NCBI GenBank assembly: GCA_045863295.1
Contig: BTWA01000008.1
Location: 123,774-187,773 of the forward strand
Origin: Candidatus Hydrogenedentota bacterium
GTDB lineage: Bacteria > Hydrogenedentota > Hydrogenedentia > Hydrogenedentales > SLHB01
Direction: 5' to 3'
Length of the DNA stretch: 64,000 nucleotides
Part shown: piece by piece, positions 1 to 7,600 of the stretch
Layout: each line of letters begins with the position of its first letter
How positions within the stretch are numbered: position 1 is the stretch's first letter
Made by a program: the position numbers and the translations under genes
Notes under the pieces: generated by a model
What the model was told of the DNA's origin: nothing
The model's input: the letters and a program-made list of their open reading frames with translations, nothing else
The model's database searches: none

Positions 1-435
1 GCTGGGACAACCAGGGCAATCTTAAGGTTAAGCTTCAGCCTGGACCCAATACCACTACCGCATCCTTTTTCACGCGGGGGTCTCATCAAGATGATGTCTT
101 ACGCGTTCAAGGAACGCCCGACGACATCAATGACTACGCGTCACTTGGCCATGAGGTATGGAATTATGGCTACAGCTCGATCAAGATTTCTACCAAAGAC
201 CGCAGCGTGTTGAGCTGGGACAACCAGGGCAATCTTAAGGTTAAGCTTCAGCCTGGACCCAATACCACAAGCGCATCCTTCTTTACGCGGGGTTCTCATC
301 AGGATGACGTACTGCGTCTTCAGGGCACGCCCGACGACATCAATGACTACGCGTCACTTGGCTATGAGGTGTGGAATTACGACTACAGCTCAATCAAGAT
401 TTCTACCAAAGACCGCAGAGTTTTGAGCTGGGATG
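1..435 (+). repeat. 213-bp near-identical tandem repeat (2 full copies plus start of a third)
   Basis: gctggga.. recurs at 1, 214 and 427; copies differ by scattered substitutions. Confidence 0.95.
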
Positions 436-464
436 GTAACAGCGGCAACCTAAAAGCCAGATAG
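3..464 (+). CDS. 3' end of a tandem-repeat protein (71-aa units, SmpA/BamE/BLIP-like fold suspected); 5' part lies outside the window
   Basis: Frame is open from the window edge to TAG at 462-464. Unit WDNQGNLKVKLQPGPNTT.ASFFTRGSHQDDVLR.QGTPDDINDYASLG.EVWNY.YSSIKISTKDR.VLS repeats. Confidence 0.7.
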   Translation, partial: WDNQGNLKVKLQPGPNTTTASFFTRGSHQDDVLRVQGTPDDINDYASLGHEVWNYGYSSIKISTKDRSVLSWDNQGNLKVKLQPGPNTTSASFFTRGSHQDDVLRLQGTPDDINDYASLGYEVWNYDYSSIKISTKDRRVLSWDGNSGNLKAR

Positions 465-549
465 AAGCCAGCTCAGATTTCATCGAGCCGTTCGACCATA
501 CCAAGAGGCGAAGTCCTTCACTCTAAGGCTGTGCAGGGGCGTTCTTATG

Positions 550-577
550 ATGTATCATAAAGGACGTTATGATACGC
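550..577. promoter_or_regulatory. dif/Xer-like recombination site (inverted arms around a 6-bp spacer)
   Basis: gtatcataa-aggacg-ttatgatac: perfect 9-bp inverted arms containing CATAA/TTATG as in dif, about 25 bp upstream of a tyrosine recombinase gene. Confidence 0.7.
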
Positions 578-602
578 AAAACTCACCTGGAGGACACCGG
601 AT

Positions 603-1085
603 TTGAGCACGGAACTAGTGGCACAATCGGAGGCGCTGGCGGTCACTGGATCGGGGCTATCCCTGCCCGGCATAGTGGCGGCCGCGGGCGAACAGGCTTC
701 CCAACGCTTCGTCGAATTCTTCACCTCCAAGATCCGAAATCCGAATACCCGGCGGGCCTACGCCCGCGCCGTGGCGGACTTTTGCCGGTGGTGCGAGGAC
801 CGCGGGCTGGCCCTTGAACAGCTTCAACCCGTCATGGTGGCCGCCTACATCGAGCAGCACACAGGCTCCGCCCCTACCGTGAAGCAGCACCTGGCCGCGG
901 TCCAGATGCTCTTCGATTGGCTTGTCGTTGGGCAGATCATTCCCTTGAACCCCGCCGCCGCCGTCCTGAGGCAAAAGTATATCGCGAAGTGCGACAAGAC
1001 ACACGTGCGGAATTCGGTTGAAGCCAGGCTGTTGCCCGACAGCATCGATGACTTCACTCGTCGAGAGCCTCGAACGCGGAAATAG
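603..1085 (+). pseudogene. Truncated tyrosine recombinase/integrase (N-terminal SAM-like core-binding domain only)
   Basis: RFVEFFTSKIRNPNTRRAYARAV..F..W...TVKQHLAA..MLFDWL.....NPAAAV is typical of the integrase N-terminal domain; the ORF ends before any catalytic R-H-R-Y residues. Confidence 0.8.
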
Positions 1086-1265
1086 CGATCAGCTCGTAGC
1101 GTACATGACGGCCATGGCTAAGTCCCTTCGTTACAGCTTCCAGAACTTCATGCTCAGCATGTCGCAGTTTCCAGTCGCATCTAAGGTCGTAAGATTTCGT
1201 ATTTGAAAGAAGTTCGGCCGACTCGTCGAGCGGGGGGAACAATGGATCTCGATAATCGTTCTCAA
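1054..1265 (+). pseudogene. ArdC-like (DUF1738) ssDNA-binding/antirestriction N-terminal domain remnant
   Basis: LERGNSDQLVAYMTAMAKSLRYSFQNFMLSMSQFPVASKVVRFRI*KKFGRLVERGEQWISI matches the YSxxN..Q...A..V.gF..W...GR.V..GE pattern, with TGA (1204-1206) where Trp is expected. Confidence 0.65.
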
Positions 1266-1497
1266 CTACCCCATCGTCGCCGTTACCGGTTCCGATCATG
1301 TGGAATGCTTGGATCAGGTATCCTGGCTCCCAACTCACCTATACTGCACTGGAAAGCTATCAGGGTTTTGTGGTCATTACCACGAAACCCCATGCAAACA
1401 GACGCAAGTAATGCAACGCCGTTGCACAAAACCTCAAAATATCGTAAGATTTAGCTATGAAATCTAGGCTGTGAGCTTCGGGTTCTACTGAAAGTGG

Positions 1498-1545
1498 TGC
1501 CTTACACGCAGAGGGTCGTAGGTTCGAGTCCTACACCGCCCACCA
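1498..1545 (+). pseudogene. 3' fragment of tRNA-Val(TAC): attachment-site duplication
   Basis: Anticodon loop CT-TAC-AC, T-arm GTAGG-TTCGAGT-CCTAC and acceptor 3' strand ACCGCCC-A-CCA are present; the 5' GGGCGGT strand and D-arm are absent upstream. Confidence 0.85.
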
Positions 1546-1632
1546 TTCTTTCAATACCCGCTTGGCTGCGGCAATTTGGCGCGGGGGTACGTTGGATGGG
1601 TCCGCGTTGAAAGTGCCTTTGAGCCGATGTTG

Positions 1633-4600
1633 TTACAGGTCCTGCCTTGTTCTCCTCGCGGTTTTGAGGAGGATCGCAATCGAGGCAGCAAGGATCAGCG
1701 TGAAGGTGATCCACGCGCGGGTGGTTCCACTTGCCGCCAACTCCATGGGGCCGATCGCTCCAAGGGAAATCTCCGCGTGCGATGCCAAGGCCAACACGGC
1801 GGAATGGTTCAGTTGGACCATGAAGTATTCGCGGTCCGCTTCTTGAACAATCCGCGTTGAGTCGTCTGCAAGGAGTCCGGCTACGTGCTCCACCGGGAAC
1901 CAGCCTTGGTGTCTTCCGGATTCGCTGTAGTACAGGACAACAAGCGAATTCGCGTCGACGCCTTCGGGCACGGGCAGGTAGACGGTCACGGGCTCGGCAA
2001 ACACACCGGAGGGACCCACGCGGAAGACCTCGCCCGCGATGGAACTCATGGACGGATCCATCGCTGGTGCGTCGGTCATGGCCACCATGGTCGGCGCGTC
2101 TTCGCCAGGACCGGCTCCTCCGGAGACTACGAATTCGTAGGACACCGGTGCGAGAGCGTTGCCGTCGGTCAGCGCGGCAGTGGCCGTTGCCGTGATGCGT
2201 TCGCCCATAGCGTAAGGCGATTCGGGCGTGAAGACGATCCACCCGTCGCTTTCGGTGATGGGCAGCCATGAGCCGCCTTCGGCTCGGTAGCCGAGGTCGC
2301 CTTCCATCGTCATTGAAACCGTTGCCGGATCGATGGCTGCGTCGGCGGTGATGCGAACTGCGATCGGTTGCGTGCTGTGAATGGTTGCGTCCACCTTGGC
2401 TTCCACATCCAGCGGCAGCACCTCTTCCCGCACCTCAAGTGCGATGCGCTCGATCGCGGACTTGCGGCCGGTGGATGGCGGCGGAGCGGGTATGGCGGTA
2501 TACGTCCCTTCAAAGACCAGCGATCCGCCCTGGGTCAGTTCTTTCGGGCCGTCGGGCTGATTCCATGGACTTATCCATCCGCCCACAGTGCCCCAAGTCA
2601 CCGTATACGTGCCCGGCTGCATCCCTGTCAGGTCATTGCTGCCTTGATGGACCTGAGGACCGAATGCGGCGCCGGTCTTCAGCGTGCCGTTGATTGTCCA
2701 GTTTGCACTGACTCCGTTCACACGCACCGCGATCGTGCCGGGCGGCGGGGCTGTGTAATTGCCCACGAATGTGATGGTCTGGTTGGCGGCCAGCGTCTTT
2801 TGTTCGCCTGGCGGCGTGATCAGGCCGGGCAACGGATTCCATGTTACGAAGTAGACGCCTGCGATGGAATCCAGCTGGGTCTTGTTACCGACGCCCGCCA
2901 ATGGCGATGGGCCGGTGATGGACCACGAGGCGGTGGCCGTGTTCGTCTGCACGGCTACGGTGCCTTTCAACAATGTGGTGTTGGGCATCAGAAAGAACGT
3001 GGGAAGCAGCAGCACCTGGCCCGCGGAAAGGGTGGCGATGGAGGATACGCTGAAGTATCCCGTCTTGCTTCCGGTGATGGTGTACACCTCGCCCGAAGGC
3101 ACATCGCTGAACAAGTAGTAGCCGTCGTTTCCGGTCGTGAACGGCGGCTTCGCGCCGGGCCCCGTCATGGTCACGGTGGCCCCACCCAGTGGCTGACCTG
3201 TGCTGCCATCGGTTACGACGCCATAAATGGTGCCGGCTGAACCGGGGTTACCGTTGTTCACGGAAAACGTCCGTGTTGTTGCGCTCGGCGTTTCCGCGCC
3301 TGAACTGTCCACCGCCACGACGCGCCAGGTGTAGGTCATCAAATCCTGCAGGCCACTTGCCTGCACGAAGGTTTGGTGAATGTTTTCGATGAGCACTGGG
3401 TCGCCGGTCGTGGGCGTCAATTCGACGCGGTAACTCACGGTATCGCCTGCATCGGGATCCACCGGATTGGCTGGAATCCACGCCAATACGGGCGAAGTCG
3501 ACGTCACCGCGTTGTTGCCGGGATACAGCAGCGTGGGTGCGTTGGGCGGCTGGTTGCCGGGTTTGGGCACGTAGATGTTGGTGATCAAATAGGACGCGAC
3601 TTGGCCTGTTACACCGTCTTTCAGGAAGTAGTAGACCTTGTACGTGCCCGGCGTCGACGCCATGGGAACCTGCGCATTGATGGCGCTCACCACCGTGGAC
3701 TGGTCCCACTCGAACTGCATCTTGTCGCCGGAAAGTGGCGTCTGCGTCGTGGGAGCAAGGGGACCGACCATCTGCGCTTCGCGCTGGAAATCGGTCAGGC
3801 CATCGGCGTTCTCCGGCGCATAGGCGGGAGTCTTGATCTCGATCCACGCCTTGTCGCTCGCGCCGAACGCGCGGCCGAGGGCGGCCGTTTCGGCGAAGAG
3901 GAACGCGGACGATGCTTTCGAGGGCGTGAACTGGAAGGATTGTTGCGCGTTGAACCAACTGATGCCGCCCACGGCGTTGGATTGCAGGCCGAGGATGCTT
4001 GTGGCAGCGAACAGGCCTGCATCGTCGAGGAGCGGATTCTGATCGCCGAGCGCGCTGGCGCTCTCGATGGAGGTGTATTCGATGGTGCGGTCCGAGGCGC
4101 GGTTGAAGGCCGTGAAGAACGTCAGGCCGTCGGTCAAATTGCGGAACAATTCGGAGACAAAATATTCGCCGTCGCGAATGTCGATGCCGTCGTCGGGCGT
4201 TGGATCAACGCCGCGATAGGATTTCTCCGTGGATCGTGCGCTGGTGATGACAAGTCGATTCGCTTTGCTGAGCTTGGACACGAAGCTGCCGGAGTGGCAC
4301 GCGCCGTAGATCACGAAGGTCTGCGGCGGGTTGCCCGGGAAGTAGCCGTCGAACTCATTCAATACATCGCGGAGTTGCGTGGCGCTCATCTCTTCCTGAG
4401 GTCCTGTACCGGGCACATCGAGGTGGACCTTGTCCACGCTGCCGTGACTCACGAGGATCAGGTACAGCGGCGCGCGGCTGGTTTGCACTTTGTCTTTCGC
4501 CCACTGGGTGATGGCGCTGCTTAAGGCGGTGGGAGAAGGTTGTATTTGGACGTTGTTGATGTCCCGCGCGACCTGAATGTCCGAGGGAATGGTGAGGCCG

Positions 4601-7600
4601 GTCTGGCGCAGGTAGTAAATGTCGCTCTGCGCGAATTCGCGGGCAACAAGTGCGCGGTACACGCCATCGGCAGTCACGGCGTGTTCGGGAACGCCTTCGC
4701 CGTCCGCGTTCAGACGGCCATGGACGACGATGGCGTAGCCCGCGCCCGCTTTGATTTCCAGGGTTGCGTCCGTGTCGTCGAAATCCGCTGTCGCGGCGGT
4801 CTTGAAGTTGGCGTCGCCTCGGAATTCGGCCTTGAACCGCCACACGCCTTCCTCGTCGAACAGGATGTTGCCGGCGTCGAACACGGCCTTGGTGAAGACG
4901 GCCGCGCCGCTGGCATTGGTGTTCACCATGACTTCGCCCTTGGGCTCGTTGCCGAGCGCGACGGACACGTACACCGGCTGATTTGCCAAGAGCGTTTGCA
5001 ACGCGCCGGGGAACCCCGGCACGGACATCGTTACATTCACTTCAAAGTCCGGCGCGTTGGCGAAATTGAGCAATGCCGAAGAGCGGCTCGGCGCGATGGT
5101 GAGCGTGGGTTGGGCCTTCTCCACCGCAAAGGTCATTGAATTGCTCGTCGCCGCGCTGTAGGTGGCGTCACCAGGCCAAGCGGCCGTCACGGACCACAGG
5201 CTTGTGTCCGGTGTAGCGGCATTTGGCAAGAACGAAGCGCGGTAGAATGTGCCGTCGAGCGTGCCGAACGGCACGTTCTGCGGAGAGCCGGAAGGGGGCG
5301 TTACCGCGAAGGACAAACCCGCGCTGCCGGGACTCGCCGGCGCAGGCGTAATCTGCGCGGACAAAGTCACCGGATTCCCCAACACCACCGGCTGCGGCAA
5401 CGCTCCGAAGTTGATGACATCGGATGGCAACACGCCGCCCGCCACCACGTCCACTGTGGCCGTCTGCGCGGAAGGGCCCTCGACTTCCGTGTCCTTGGGT
5501 GTGACGATGCAATACCATTGATCGCCCGGCGCGATCTGCTCCTTGGGGACCGTGCTCGTGAGGGCCGATGTGAACGTGGACCCGGCGCCAGGCGATGTAA
5601 GCGCCAACACGCCGTTCTTATACCACTCGTAGCGATACACCAACGACTCCACTTGCTCATCCACATCCGGGTCGGCGGACGGCGTCGTGATTTGGCACAC
5701 CATGCTGCTGTTCGCGCTCTGCCGATTGTTGAAGGAGGATGTGATCGATGCGGCAGGCGCGCCGGGGGGCGTGTTCAGGATCGCCACGCTGCCTGCAGCC
5801 TGTGTCGAAGAGTGCGAATACGACACCCCGTCGAAACCGCGCACCGTGCAGGTCCACGTTTCGCCTTTAACGGTCTCCAATGCAAGCAGGGCATCGGCCG
5901 TGCTTGCAGTGATGTGAATAATCTCGCGGCCTGTGTTGCTCTTCCATTTGAACTCATGTTGGTTGGCTCTTGGCGGCACAGACGGAGAAGCGGAAGGTAC
6001 AAAGACCTCGCAAGCCACAGAATCGGTCGTGCGAAAAGGTCCGGATGCAAAGACCGCATACTCAGCATTCGTTGGCGGTAGGTAACCGGACGTGCGGAAG
6101 TCCGACGGGCCGACCGTTGCCCAGTGCGGGTAGTACCAGCGTGAGTGGGCCGGGTGCGGCGGCAGCGCGTGGCCTGGCTTGATCGATAACACGCCACCGT
6201 TGTTCTGGAACTTGCTCAACGGGGCATGGAGCACGCGCACGCGCCACCTGAAACCATTGGCTTCTTCTTGTACGGTGAACGGCTCGTCATAGGGGTGGCC
6301 TGCAAAGCCGGGGAGTATCCACGTGTCTGTGGTGAAAGTGTCTGTACCTTCGAAAGGTGCGCCATACGGGATAACCTCCCATTCCAGCCGCACCGCGCTC
6401 CGCAATTCCGGCGAATCATGGGCGAGGATTTGAATGCGAAGGTCCGGCGATCGTGTCAGGATACCGGGCGTGGCCAGAAGTGTGTTAGCGTTATCACGAA
6501 GCTGGGCATTGACCAGCTTGCCTTCTGAAGTACCCAGGAAAACGAAAGCCGCGCCTTCGTCAAACTGGCCGTTTGTGTATCCCGATGCGCCGACAATCAC
6601 ATCGGCGTACCCGTCCCCGTTCAAATCCCCCGCACCAGAGACGGACCGGCCCATCCAGGCATCGGCCTGATTGGACTCCAGCACGGACGCCGCGCTCGAG
6701 GGATCGCTACCCAGAAGACCCGAGGCGGAACCGTGGAAAACGAAAGCCGCGCCCTCGTCTGTCTGGCCGTTGTCGTAGTACAGTGCCCCCACAATCACAT
6801 CCGCGTACCCGTCCCCGTTCACATCGCCCGCACCCGAGACCGAATAGCCCATATAGGAGGTTGCCTGATTTGATTCCAGCAAGGACGCTGCGCTCAAAGC
6901 ATCGCTACCCACAAGGCCTGAAGCGGAACCGTGGAAAACGAACGCCGCGCCCTCGTCGACCTGACCGATATTATAGTCAGTCGCCCCCACAATCACATCC
7001 GCGTACCCATCCCCGTTCACATCACCCGCACCCGAGACCGAACTGCCCATATATGAATTCATCTGATTGGATTCCAGCACGGATGCAGCGAACGAAGTAT
7101 CCCAGCCCACAATGCCCCAAGCAGACCCATGGAAAACAAACGCTGCGCCTTCACTAGTCTGTCCATTGTCGTAGTACGGTGCGCCAACTATTATATCCGC
7201 GTATCCATCGCCGTTTACATCTCCCGCGCCATCCACCGAAAGCCCGAACAAACCCCCGCCTTGCAAATACCATGCTACGCCGCCCACACCACCTTCGTCG
7301 TTCACAATACCCGAAGCAGAACCGAGGTAAACAACAACCAATCCTTCATAAAAAATCTCACCAAAGAAGAAGTAGTAGCCAGGTGCCCCCACAATCACGT
7401 CCGCATATCCGTCCCCGTTCACATCGCCCGCATCCGAGGCTGAATAGCCCATGCCGGCTCCTTCAAAATTGGATTCCAGCACGGATGCCGCGCTCGAAGG
7501 ATCTCTACCCACGATGCCTAAAGCCGAACCGTGAAAAACGAACGCCGCTCCTTCATTGGTATGGCCATTGTCGTAGCTCGGCGCGCCCACAATCACATCG

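Larger units (their letters stand above)
1..1545. mobile_element. Right end of a decayed tRNA-Val-integrated genomic island
   Basis: Integrase and ArdC remnants plus a dif-like site, bounded by a 3' tRNA fragment. Confidence 0.65.

Noticed and set aside
1470..1545. Complete tRNA-Val gene
   Set aside because: No 5' acceptor strand (GGGCGGT) or D-arm; only 3 bp of the anticodon stem pair.
1700..1830. GAIN/ZU5-type autoproteolysis motif in the anchor module (LNHSA; LTHGG in the paralog)
   Set aside because: No Ser/Thr nucleophile at the H-x-S/T position in either protein.
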